DNA of 64,000 bases from the human T2T-CHM13v2.0 reference genome, Homo sapiens, in the NCBI RefSeq assembly GCF_009914755.1, contig NC_060930.1; one strand, 5' to 3'. Positions 1 to 15,310 of this stretch are shown here, piece after piece. Made by a program: the position numbers and the translations under genes. Under the pieces are notes generated by a model. It made no database searches. It worked only from the letters and a program-made list of their open reading frames with translations, and was not told the origin of the DNA. The stretch's first letter is position 1; each line of letters opens with the position of its first letter.

Positions 1-255
1 GGTGGCTCATGCCTGTCATCCTAGCACTTTGGGAGGCCAAGGTGGGCACATCACTTGAGGTCAGGAGTTTGAGACTAGCCTGGCCAACATGGTGATACCC
101 CATCTCTACTAAAAATACAAAAATTAGCCAGGCAAGGTGGTGTCTGTAATCCCAGCTACTCAGGAGGCAGAGGCTTGAGCCCAGGAGGCTGAGGTTGCAG
201 TGAGCTGAGATAGCGCCACTGCACTCCAGCCTGGGTGACAGAGCAAGACTCTGAC
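1..255 (+). mobile_element. Alu (S/J-like), cut by window start
   Basis: Dimeric Alu sequence with central A-linker. Confidence 0.95.
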
Positions 256-300
256 AAAGGGAAGGGAAGGGAAGGGAAGGTGGGGAGGGGAGGGGAGGGC
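256..300 (+). repeat. (GGGAA)n/(GGGGA)n purine tract in place of the Alu tail
   Basis: aaagggaagggaagggaagg...ggggaggggaggg. Confidence 0.85.
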
Positions 301-400
301 AGAAACATCTGAAACACAACACTGCAGACTGGTTACCTATATCTACCTGTGAGTAGTAACTAGAAAACACAGACACAGCATGCAGCAAATCATAAAATGA

Positions 401-805
<405 letters not shown>

Positions 806-1582
806 TAAAATATAACATTAAACATAACATGAAACTAACTGTCAACTAACATGAAACTAACTAACTTACTTGGTTGGTTATTTCTGGTTGTACAGCCTTC
901 TAGGGTTTATTTACCACGTGGACACAGTGCCCCTATATATCACTAATGTATTTTAGAGTTTCATGAAAACACACTGATGAAAGAAACAGCTCATGTTTTT
1001 ATGTACATTAGCATGTTTCTAATGCAGTAAATTTTTGTGAAGATGTGTCGTGTCAACTAATTCAACCATTTAAGTAGGTCTATCAGTTTATATAGAATGA
1101 AAATGAAGTTTCAAGGCCTATGACAATACACAGCAGACCACTGCTATGAGCTGAATTTCATTTTGCAGCTTAGTTTCATTTTAAGATTCTACTATGACAT
1201 ATTTAGCTAGAGAAAGATATTAAATCCAACTCTTATGTATTTAATATAATTCGACTCAAGTGCTTCAGGCCTTCACCTCACTTTATGTAACCTTAAAATG
1301 ATGGATATGCAACTTTTGATGTAGGGCTCTATTTTAACTGTGAGATTACGATACGAATGGTGATTCTTTTATCAAGTAATTTATTTTTAAATTCTGCTTT
1401 CTGTCATTTCTAATTTTGTTGAAATAGTAAATCCACTTAGCAGAGAGTACTCATGATTTAGCTCATAATTTGATTCAATGAAATTAGTTCTTGTACCTCT
1501 TCTGAATCTGTAGTAGTCAATGAGTCTAGACGGGTTATCCATGTGTAGATCTATATATGAAATGTACATTTATTGTCTACAC

Positions 1583-1787
1583 AAAGGGTCAGCAAACATT
1601 TTATATGAGAATCAAATAATGAATATATTTAAATTTTGCAGGTCATGAGGTCTCTGTCACAACCACCCAACTCTACCATTGCAGCAAAGAATAGCACTAG
1701 ACACATAAATGAATGGGCTGACTGTGTTCCAATAAAACTTTATTTACAAAAAAAAAAAAAATGCTATCTGTAGTTTATAGACCCCTG
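1583..1787 (-). mobile_element. MER58A (hAT-Charlie MITE)
   Basis: TIR-like ends agggtcagcaaac ... gacccctg; internal tgtgttccaataaaactttatttacaaaa; 8-bp TSD gtctacac/gtctaaac. Confidence 0.85.
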
Positions 1788-1796
1788 GTCTAAACT

Positions 1797-2056
1797 TTTG
1801 CTATTCATGAACGTAGTTCTAGACCTACTGCATCTTCATTAACTAGAAGCTTATTATAAATGCATTTAACCATGAGAAAGCTGATTTGAAAGAAAGAAGA
1901 AAAACTAAAAAAAAAAAAAAAAAGAAATGCATATTCTCAGGCTTCACCCCGGACCTACTGAATCTGAACCTGCTTCTTCAAGATGCCCAAGGCATTCAAT
2001 CTGCTTCTTCACTGCCCAGGGCATCTGAGTGAACATCAGCGTATGGGAAGTGCTAG
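1797..2056 (+). mobile_element. MER5A-like MITE interrupted by a short polyA insertion
   Basis: agaaatgcatattctcaggcttcaccccggacctactgaatc resembles MER5A core. Confidence 0.75.
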
Positions 2057-2154
2057 TTTAAACCACAGTGACTGGCTTCTATCTGGGTTCACAGAGCAGA
2101 TAAGGGAGGTTTCATTTGTCATTTTAGCTGTCTATTCAACAATAAGAATGTCTG

Positions 2155-2497
<343 letters not shown>

Positions 2498-2999
2498 TCA
2501 TTGGGATATCATAAGAAAAAATGAGGATAACTGTTCATATAATTTTTAAAAATTTTGAAAATATAAACTGAAGTTAAGAATTACTGATATTCACTGTGCA
2601 GGTGGACACTGGCTCCATCATTCAGACTCTATGTCCCAAGTTTGAGGAGGGAAGAAAGGAGTTTTCATCACACAAGGAGGTGGCAATGGTACCTCCATCA
2701 ATGCTAACCTGTTTCCTCTCCAAATGTGGGGATATAAAATAATGGTTTGCATTTGCAAAACTGAGTGAAATGCTCTAGGTTTAACAAATGAATCTTCTCC
2801 AAACAAGTGCTTTAAAGTATTTCCTGCAAAGAAGCTGCGAAAATAAAATGATACTAATAATATAAGCACAACTGAACAGCAAGAAAATAAGACAGCTATG
2901 CTCTAATTCATGTATATTCTATTCACATATCACATTATGTAAAAAATAAGAATTAAATTTTTAACTTAAAATGATAAATGATGTGATACACAAATAGAA

Positions 3000-5000
<2,001 letters not shown>

Positions 5001-5009
5001 TTTTGCTCA

Positions 5010-5810
5010 TTAACTCCCTCCAATATCAGCATATGACAGCTGAATGTCAGCGCTTACCTTCTACCCATTCATGTTAACAGCTTCTGCAGCCCTCCTAGCT
5101 AGCATCGAGGTCATTTTCTTACTTTCCAACACTTCTGTTGTAATGCGGTACAACCTCAATGTTCTCACAACACATTCATTCATCCAAACTGGCCTCAATC
5201 TTTTTCTCCTCACACCATACGGTCTTGCCATCCTCTCAACTTTGCCCACCTCTCCTGGGGTTGCACCATGTACCAGTAGTTTTCAATCTCTGGGAGTTGC
5301 TCTTGCATCCAAAACCAACTGAATTAGCCTTTCTAGGAGTGGGGCATGGGGAACTATATTTACATTTTTTCCGGTTGATTTTCACACATTGTGACAGTTG
5401 AGAACCACTGGTGTAGGCCTGTCATTATCAATAACTGCCCATAATCTTCATAATCCTCCAGCATCCTTTGATCATCACTTCATACCCTCAGCTCAATCCC
5501 TTTAGTAACCCCACTTGAATAATTTTTCAACTCTACTAGAACCTTCAATCCATTAACCCTCCTAACTTTTCATTATTCATTACTCCCTCCTGTCCTTAGC
5601 TCCCTCCTTGCCCAGCTTAGACTTCATGCTTCCTCAATCCCATTGCTGGATTTCTTTTTTAGAGTACTTACTGACAAAGTCTCTCCCAAACATGGGAAAA
5701 TAAAGTTCATTACCCTATTCTGTGCCTGCCTCAAGAAGCTGACTTTGGGCAGACAAAAATTTACATCCTTACTAATTTAAATGTAATTTAAACATAAGAA
5801 CCTAAACTTC
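5010..5810 (+). mobile_element. L2 ORF2 relic (interrupted by MER5)
   Basis: Pyrimidine-rich L2-like text, e.g. tcaatccattaaccctcctaacttt...cccagcttagacttcatg. Confidence 0.6.
5274..5410 (+). mobile_element. MER5-family MITE
   Basis: TIRs cagtagttttcaa ... ttgagaaccactg. Confidence 0.75.
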
Positions 5811-6034
5811 AAGTTTATTTCCATAAAAACTGTACTTGGATATATGATCGGCAAGAAAATAAAATTAAAAGAAATAAGAGAACTACGGAAATAAAAAAGA
5901 TATATTCCAAGGTAAAAAGACGAAGAACCCAACAAAGTAACCACGAAGTCAGAGACGCAGAGATGTGGGGTATCTGAGGGTCACCGAAGAAAAGTTTTAA
6001 GAATGAAGAATGGACAAAACAACTCAATTTTGAA

Positions 6035-6510
6035 AACAGAGAGAAATGGAGACCGATGATCACACAAACACTGTATATGAATGTACACAGCAGCTCCAAT
6101 CGCAACTGCCAAAAACGAGAGCCCAGATGTCCCTTATTGAGTAAATGCTCAAATACACTGTGGTGCCAGCCACACAACAGTCACCACTGAGCAACAGAGA
6201 GGGATGAACAACGGGCGCACAGCATCTCAAAGGCATTGCCCTGAATAAAGGGAGCGCCTTAAAGGTTACCTACTGCATGGTTCCATTCATCCAGCATTCT
6301 CAGACAGACAGACTGGAGGGATGGAGGCCAGGTCAGGTGGTGCTGGGAGATGACGACACAGCCACAGCTGCAGGGATTTGCAGTGAGGGAAGAGTTTTGA
6401 ATCCTGGTTATGCCGGTAGCCACAGTAATTTCTACAGGTGTTAACATTCAAGTGTACATCAAAAGGAAAGAAGTCAACACAACTGTAAGACAATTTAAAA
6501 GTTTTAAAAA
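6035..6510 (+). mobile_element. Old L1 (L1MC/MD-type) 3' end
   Basis: aatgtacacagcagc, aaggttacctactgcatggttccattcat, A-rich terminus. Confidence 0.7.
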
Positions 6511-7599
6511 ATAGTGTTGGTTGAGAGAATGCATTCAATAAATGTAAACTTCCCTCTTGAGAGTTTTGTTAAAGAAACTGCAGAACTCTTCAGAGAATAT
6601 AGGGCTAATGAAAATGACAGCTTCCAATTATCTGTAATTTTTTTAATGTTTTCAAAGCACTTATTATTATTTATTGCTAAGAAGCTTAAAATAAAATGTA
6701 GTAAGAATAGAAACCAAAAGAAGCCCCATACATTTAGTAATCAGTATATATTTGAAAGTACACGCATTCGAGGAGCAGCTGGGGTCTGAGGCCTCTCACT
6801 TAGACTCATGGGGTCAGAACAGGTCTCGTATCAGCTCTCCAGCTCCCAACTTCTATTATTCTGCCGTCTCCCTTGTGTGACTAAAGCAATGAGATGATTT
6901 ATTCATTCAAATCCTATGAAAATCAGTTCTTATTTTACAGTATTCTGAGAATGTTATCTTACTTCCTAGCTTTTTAAAAGGCTTTCTTCCTGAGATGCTA
7001 TTTTTCAAAATCAGATTTATTTCTGAAAGAGTCCCTGTTCTCTTTGCCAACCTCCTTGTAGCTGGCAAACTTCCCTTTTTTCCTTCAGGATGAAAGAGGC
7101 CTTAATCCATCTTACACAATATTCAGTGTACAGCAGCCCTGGTCTTGGCATCGCATCACACTCAGTAAATGACACAGAGCTTCCCAAGATTTCAGACTCT
7201 GGGGTTCCACAACGGAGACGAGAGCAAAAGGATGTAGTCATTTAATCTATGCTATGCGTTCAGAAAAGCTCACTGAGTTTGGGACTCATGGGCTGAAGAC
7301 GAAGAGGAGCCATGCGGCCGGATTTAAGCCTTGGGGGAATGCTGGAGAAAAGGTGGATGCTGTCTCAGATCTAATGTGGTCCTAACAGAGTTGGGAAGAC
7401 AGATGTCTGTCTGTGCCGTGAACATAACACTCTGTCAGGGATTTACCCTGGGAAAAGTCTGTCTTTCTCTATTCAAGGCACTGTTGATTCATTTGGGGAA
7501 CAGAATTCTACATTCCAGTCAATGAATCTACAAGACAATTGGGAAAGGATCACATTAGTTTTTAAATAGAATTTATTTTCCATAGTGTTATTTCACAGC

Positions 7600-8249
7600 A
7601 AACTCTGTTCCATTTCCCGCGCTCTGCCTCCGGGGTCTTAGAACAATCACTTCTTCAGAGGAGGACCTTGCCAACCAGTACACTAGATGCCAGGCGGAAC
7701 TTGCCTTTACAGCAGAAAATGAAGTGGGCTACTGTGATCTATCGTCAGAGTTTCTCAATCCATTCTCAAGATACCCCGAGGGAGATTTCACTCTTGCTAC
7801 AAAGCGGGAAATAACAACAATAACAATCACCGCTGTAATAGAACACATTATGAGGGGGCATTCTTTTAAAAGCCTTTAAAATGCTACCAGGAGAGTTTTA
7901 TGGCTGCTCCAAGTCAGAACTTGGCCGTGTTTAAAAGCACGGGGAGAGGGTGTTCCGGAGGCGGACCCCAGGGGGGCCACAGCGCCTCCCCTTCCCCTGG
8001 GGGCTCTGCTAGTTTTTTGGCTGATAGGATCACAGCCAAGTTCATGGGCGCCCCGAGGAAACACTAGGCACAGCTTGTGCTGTTCAAAACAATCTTACCA
8101 TAAAAGTGACTTTTCTTTTTAATCTAAAAAGCACTTTTTGTAATGAGAGGTTGAAGCTGAGATGCCAGTGAGTTCTGCTAGTTTCTGTTTACTTCCTTCA
8201 ATTTCGTATTGTTCGGTGTGTGACTGAAAATTGGGTATCAAAGGTAAGT
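7600..8249 (+). promoter_or_regulatory. Candidate promoter/enhancer plus first-exon-like segment ending at donor AAG|gtaagt (8243/8244)
   Basis: Repeat-free, local GC/CpG enrichment at 7920-8070, ETS-like acttcc at 8191, consensus 5' splice site with no clear upstream acceptor. Confidence 0.4.
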
Positions 8250-8922
8250 ATTAGGGTCTTCTCCTGGGTCCCTAAACATGAGGCTTCGAGGTCTTACAGG
8301 CTTGAATAATTCTTCAGAAACTACAGCAAGTTTGTTTTTAGAGTGTCTTCCAAGTACCAGCCCTTTGTCTAACATCTCTACACCCTAAACATTCCTCCCA
8401 ACCTTTGAAGGACTCCAAATTGTGGCCAGACTACAGGGGATTTGTGAAGTGCATGCATATCTACAGGGGGTAAGACAAATACATCTTCATTCTGACATCA
8501 TCTAGGTTTTTCAGAGGTAAAAGATGTAGAGTGTCTGAGCCACCTATGGAGAAAGCAGTTAGATCTAATTATAGCTCTTGGGATAGAGGAGCTGCTGTCT
8601 CAAGAAAAGCAAATATGTAGGTTAAGAGCCCTGTTCGACCTTCAGAGATCATGCTGTTGCACGCTTGTTAGAGTGATGCCCTTGTTTAGTCCTTACCTAG
8701 ACATCTCACAAATATTCCTGTGAAGTTTTCTTGGAAGTGGATGGTTTACGAAATTCCCAATACATTTCCTTTGCATCCTGATGGACTCTCTGGGTGACCT
8801 CTTAACTATAACCTTTCAAGAAGCAAATTTTTTGAAGTTTGCAATCAGGCAAACAATCCTCACTCTTCTTATAAATTCTCATCTTCCCTAAGTGCTTATA
8901 TTTGAATATTCTTAAAATAATG

Positions 8923-9530
8923 GGCTGGGTACAGGGGCTCATGCCTATAATCCCAGTGCTTTGGGAGGTTGAGGTGGGAGGATCTCTTGAACCCCAGAAG
9001 TTAGAGGTCAGTCTAGGCAATGTGGTAAAACCCTGCCTCTACAAAAAATCTTTGGACCAGCCACAGTGGTTCACACCTGGTATCCCAGCACTTAGAGAGA
9101 CCAAAGCAAGAGGATCGCTTGAGGCCAGGTGTTTGAAATCAGCCTGGGTAACACAGCTAGACTCCACCTCAACCAAAAAAAAAAATAAATAAGATTAGTT
9201 GGGCATGGTGGTGTGTTTACTTCCTCCAATTCCTTTTGTTCGGTGTATGACTGAAAATTGGGTATCACAGGTAAGAACTAGGGGCATTTTGCTGGGTCCC
9301 TAAACATGAGGCTTTGAGGTCTTACAGGCTTGAATAATTCTTCAGAAACTACAGCAAGTTTGTTTTCAGAAACCAAAGAGGCTGAGGTGGGAGGATCTAC
9401 TCAAGAGGCTGAGGCAGGAGGATCTCCTGAGCGCATGAGTTAGAGGATGCAGTGAGCTATGACTGTGCCACTGCACTCCAGCCTTGGTGACAGAGCAATA
9501 TCCTATCTCTAAACAATAAAAAAAATTAAA
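8923..9530 (+). mobile_element. AluJ-type compound element (two left monomers + right monomer) with a 157-bp foreign insert
   Basis: Monomers at 8923-9048 and 9055-9190; right arm broken at 9213 and resumes ~9376; flanks taaaataatgg/taaaaattaatgg. Confidence 0.85.
9214..9370 (+). repeat. Direct duplicate of 8186-8342
   Basis: Aligns end to end with 8186-8342 at ~90% identity. Confidence 0.95.
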
Positions 9531-9581
9531 AATTTTAAGTTAAAAATTAATGGTCATTTTGTGAAATTGGTCAGAGTTTAA

Positions 9582-9911
<330 letters not shown>

Positions 9912-10239
9912 CATCAATATTTTGTTTTAAAGGTGCTTAAAAAAGACATATTTATACATTCCCCTTTTATAGTTAAATCAAAAGCGGCTTTTGGTATGCT
10001 CTTTCAAGGCAAAGGTATAGATAATCCCAGCCATCAGGATTTTACTGAGTGATTGAAAGTAGAGGGGTACCATAGAATACTAACATATCAGTAATTAGCT
10101 TAGCCAGTTAAAGCACAGAATTGAGGAGGGCTGGTTATCTGTTCACACGCCATGAAGTTGAGTTAGCTTTGTTCTCATCAGGAAACAAAGTATCCTATAG
10201 ATGCCTAATGTTAGAAACAACAATAATATAGTTTAAATA

Positions 10240-10490
10240 GACACTGGGCTCAAACCTTAAACACTGTCTGTGCCTTCACTATGTTATCACTACGTTACTG
10301 TTGCAGGAACAGAGACAGACTAGAGGAGCGACCTTGGGCAAGTTCTTCATCTTTTCTGAGCCTCAGTTTCTACATGTAAAATATGGACCAGTCAGTAGTA
10401 TCCACCTCAGAAAGTGTCTCTGAAAACTAAATAATAGGTTCTTTACACACACTGCTTGGTGCCTGGCAAATAATAACTCAACAAATATAA
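10240..10490 (+). mobile_element. MIR
   Basis: Core gaccttgggcaagtt...tctgagcctcagtttc. Confidence 0.75.
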
Positions 10491-11029
10491 GATGATAACA
10501 ATGATCCCATCCAGTCCCAGCCACAAAGTGAGCAAGAAATAATGATTCAGAGTTTTAAAGGAGCTGTGTCTTTCTTATTCTGTTACTCTGTGGATTCTGA
10601 GACTTGCTCAAGATGCTTCATGCCTTTCTCCTTAAACCTATCTGTGTTCTCCTCGACGGATCTGGGTAAGTCATCTCTCCACTGCCAAACATTTTGGCAC
10701 ACGATTTGTCACAAAGAAGAACACAAAATTATTTTTGAATGAACAAACATATGAAGTAAAAAGCCACATTCATTATCGATCCTATTCCTATCCCCAGCTA
10801 AGTTCTATGTGCTATAAATAGTGAGTTCTGTTTGCATTAAATGGTGTGACCTTCTCCTGTGTCCTCAGATGGAAAGTTCTCACCATTGGAGACTTTTCTG
10901 ACACTACTCTCTCTTCATTAGCTCCACTACCCACCTGCCAACCCCTTCGACCTACCAACCCCACCATGAACTACTGACAATCTTTCTGTGGCCACTGCCT
11001 TCAATGACTTTCCCATGAATTCCTTTCCT

Positions 11030-11500
11030 TTTCTACTGTGGTCACTGATTTCATGCGAGTCTCATTATTTCCTTCCTAGACCACTATGGTATTCTTATAA
11101 CATCTCTCTTCACCCCAGTTCAGACTATAAATGACTGACATATTAACCTTCCTCAATCATAGCTGTAAAAACATTCCTACTTTTTCCAAACTTTTCAGCA
11201 GTTTTCCATTCCCTTCTAAACTACAACCAAACTCATCAGGATGGGATTCCAATCAATCCTCACCACAGCACCTGCCTTTCCAAGCCTCATTTCCCATTTA
11301 GTGCTTTGCTTGGACCTTAATGTATCTTAAATACTTCCTGTTTTCAAATCGTGCGTTACTCATGCATTTCTCCATGTCTGGAATATGCTCCTTGCGATAT
11401 ACTTATCTTTGAAATTCTTCCCGTGTTTGTGTCCTAAGTGAAATTAGCCTTTCTCTATGGGAACGTTTTCACATGCCCTTCCAGGTGGTCACAGATCCTA
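11030..11500 (+). mobile_element. L2 fragment
   Basis: Degenerate L2 3' region text. Confidence 0.55.
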
Positions 11501-12237
11501 GTGATCTCTTTTGTATGCGCTTCTAGACACATTGTTGATATCTGGCTTGCCATATTGGCAGAATTATTACTTACAAACATTAAAATGATATGCATGTTGG
11601 ACAAATGTGGTCCATCATTTATAACTGTATTTATTTAATGAGGATATGATTTGGTCCTGTTCTAAAGTCTAATTATGTGCTTATTCCACCAATGCTTAAG
11701 ATGGAAAATTTGAAGCACCTCCAAAATCTGAGGTGGGAATAGATGTTATTTCTGAAGATCTGACCTCACTCTGTTATAACAATATTTTATAGACCGCTTA
11801 TTTGTTGCTATTTTTAAAACTTTGTATTGACTTTCCTTACATTTGGTTGCTTTCATGACCAGTGAAAAAACTTTCAAGTTAAAATATAGCTGAGAAGAAT
11901 GAAAGAGAAATGGTAATGTAAAGCTTCACATTTAACTGCCACAGCAGGAAAACTCAAAATTGAATTCCAACCCTAGCTACTAAACACCCTGGTAAAGCTT
12001 TGCTCCAGCTTCACTGAGCCAGGAAATTTCTCTCTTTTCCCCTCTGACACTAGAGTCGGCAAGAGGAGACCTGAACGATTGGCATAAGAAAATAAATACC
12101 CCTTCCATGGAGGGCTCACAGAACTAGAGCCTGCTAACCGTGGCTGGACTTGCTTGCACCCTGAAGGTGCTGACAAGGTGTGCAGGTGGCCAGGAATCTA
12201 AAACACAACACTGCCTGGGTCCCCCTGGGGAGCCAAA

Positions 12238-12513
12238 CCCCAGTGAGGCTTCTGAGATTCAGGAGTACGCCCACCCCACCTGCCGTTATGCCCCCCAGTG
12301 AGGCTTCTGAGATTCAGGAGCACGCCCACCCCACCTGCCGTTATACACCCCAGTGAGGCTTCTGAGATTCAGGAGCACGCCCACCCCACCTGCTGTTATG
12401 CTCCCCAGTGAGGCTTCTGAGATTCAGGAGCACGCCCACCCCTCCTGCTGTTATGCCCCCCAGTGAGGCTTCTGAGATTCAGGAGCACGCCCACCCCACC
12501 TGCCGTTATGCTC
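12238..12513 (+). repeat. Minisatellite, 55-bp unit x5
   Basis: cagtgaggcttctgagattcaggagcacgcccaccccacctgccgttatgccccc starting at 12241, 12296, 12351, 12406, 12461. Confidence 0.97.
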
Positions 12514-12938
12514 TTTTTCACCCGTAGTTAGCTGGGGTGCCTATGAGTGCCTCAGTAAATATCTGTTGAACAAACAATTGAATGGACACATGAATGAATG
12601 GATGAGGGCACAGTGGGGGTAAGGGGCAGGGTTGGAGGGAAGAATTCTTAGAGAAGCTGAGCAGTGAAGGAAAAATAGGAATTACCCAGACGAAGGGAGC
12701 TGGAAAGGACTGAGGGGCACAGAATCAGCTGAGCTGGTGGGAAGTGAACAAGTAAAGCTAAGGGGCTAGAGACCACCTTGTTATCAGTAAGAAGGGAAAA
12801 TCCCCTCAGCAGTGTTGGAGGAGAGACTAAAGTGCGGGTGAAGCAGGGCAGGTGTGACGGGTGATGAATAAATTATGTGAGAGAAAATATAGCTGTCAGG
12901 TATGCTTATGAGACACTACATTTATGTGTAGAAAGGAC

Positions 12939-13376
12939 TATGGAAGAATTGAAGGTGGCCATGAATTCTTTTGCCCTCCTCCTATTGTAAGGTGGGGTCT
13001 CCCCTTGAACCTGGGCAGACTCTGTGACTACTCTGCTGAATAGAAGACAGTGGAAGTGCTGCTCTGTCAGTTTTGGGGCTCATGCCTAAAAATGGGCAGC
13101 TTCCATTCCCTGTCTTTTAGATCACTCTCTCTGGGTGCCCTGAGCTCTGACACTGCCCATTTAGCAGAGGCCATGTGTCTATCTCCCATCAACAACCATA
13201 GTGGAATCCATTCTTCCAGCCACACCTACCAAGATGCCTGACATGTGAGCCCCTCCACCAGCTGAGCACCACCAAGCAACCTCAGTCAACGCCATATAGA
13301 GTAGAAACATCCCCTGACCTAGCCCTGCCCAAACCCATAACCCACACAATGATAAGGCAATAGATAAGGAAAACAC
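12939..13376 (+). mobile_element. MLT1H/G-type MaLR solo LTR
   Basis: ggtggccatgaattcttt..ccccttgaacctgggcagactctgtgact; 3' end gcaatagataa..aaca. Confidence 0.8.
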
Positions 13377-14127
13377 GGCATGTAAGAACTAATGGCGACG
13401 GGAGGAGCTGGGGGAGCAGGGGAGGTGATGTATGCTTATTTTCACAGGACCAAGCTTCGTAAGTGTTTACAAGATGGTGTTGTCACTGTTGGGGGCCTTT
13501 TCCAATATTATACTCTTGCCTGTGGTTCCAGGTTCATTTCCTTTTTCTATATCTCAATTCCTGATGCTGAAATTAAATTTGGAACAATGAAAAAAAAATT
13601 CCACTGGATCTATTTTCTGGTCATGTTCTATTCCTAGATAATATAATATTCAGAGGACAGAAGAAAACCCGTCATTGTTGTAGAAAGGCGTGTTCAGCAC
13701 GCACAGTCACGTACAGCACATTGTGGTGTAATCTCTTGGGCATGATAGAATTGGAGGACAGGAAGAAATGATTCCAGTAACTCAATCAATGACCGATGAT
13801 ATAGTTTTCTGAGTATTCCTAGTATCTTCTAACTTTCTCTTCTACATGTTGGACACTATCACTGTCTCTATCCCTTGGCCTAGATAGCAGCTAAACAGCC
13901 GATAGCTGAGCCAACAGTGTTCAATACTCATATCCTCTTCTTTGTTCGAGCTCAAGTGAACACGTGGCATTCATTCCTAACTGCAGCCTCCTCAAGCCCA
14001 GAAGCCTGAATCTGTTTTTTAATTTAGCAGTGAAGAATGCAGCTACATCACATGCTATGAGAGCAGCTGGTGTTTCATGCTTCTTCTCTCCTATCATCCC
14101 TCTCATTCAACTTCTCTTCTTTTTCAG

Positions 14128-14148
14128 ATATGCGGTCACCTTATTTAT
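14128..14148 (+). other. Candidate 21-nt microexon
   Basis: ~48-nt polypyrimidine tract + cag | ATATGCGGTCACCTTATTTAT | gtatgt. Confidence 0.3.
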
Positions 14149-14470
14149 GTATGTGTTGAGGCTCCCTTTCAAGACTCCAAAAGGTCTAATCCAAAAAATA
14201 GCTGCTAAAGTATTATCTCTTTTTTAGGCCCATTTTCCTTCTGTAAGAGAAGAATGCTTCATTGGGATTAGGGAACATAGTGGTTTGATTGATTAGACTG
14301 CTTACCAAAGCAATACAATTTCAAATGATAAATAACAGATGTGGGTACTCTATACAGCAATTGTTTAAAAATAATTTTGCTTCTATAGTACATTTTGGCT
14401 TAGAATTGTGTGCTTCTACCCTCTGTGATAATTTATGTTGTTCATGGCATATAAAATGTCTCCCAGTTGC

Positions 14471-14872
<402 letters not shown>

Positions 14873-15159
14873 CTATAACAGAACTTGTAGCAAATTTTCC
14901 ATAGTAAAGCAAAATCACTATAATTGATACTTGTAATTGATACTTTAAGCTGCCTTGTATTTGCCAATTTTCCAGTTAAAACGAATCTGTAAAACTAAGA
15001 TATTACAAATGAATTTCAATCAGCAATCAGATCAATTTGGCACAGTGAACCCTTTGAATTACGGAAGTATTTTACTTAAAGTTTCATGAGGAGTCCTGAT
15101 GCATATAAGGTAGAAGGGAAATGAGCTACAGGTTCTAGGGAATCACGAAGGTCCCACGA

Positions 15160-15310
15160 GCAATAATATTTACGCATTACATCTGTATATTGCTTTACAC
15201 TGTTCACAATATCCTTTCATCTACGTAATTTTTATGTACACTTCACAACAGTTCTCCAAATGGATATAATTATCTTCATCGTGCAGCTGAGGAAACGGAG
15301 GCACATACAA
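15160..15310 (-). mobile_element. MIR
   Basis: gcagctgaggaaacggaggcaca reverse core. Confidence 0.65.

Noticed and set aside
7089-7245. Strong acceptor followed by a 51-aa ORF (MKEALIHLTQ..)
   Set aside because: No convincing donor or recognisable homology; probably chance.
7960-7985. CTCF site at ccccaggggggccac
   Set aside because: An extra G breaks the AGGGGGC core spacing; it fits an AP-2-like motif better.
12238-12513. Repeat arrays (also 50354-50732 and 60388-60939) as CRISPR-like
   Set aside because: The units are contiguous with no unique spacers, there are no cas genes, and the context is primate DNA.
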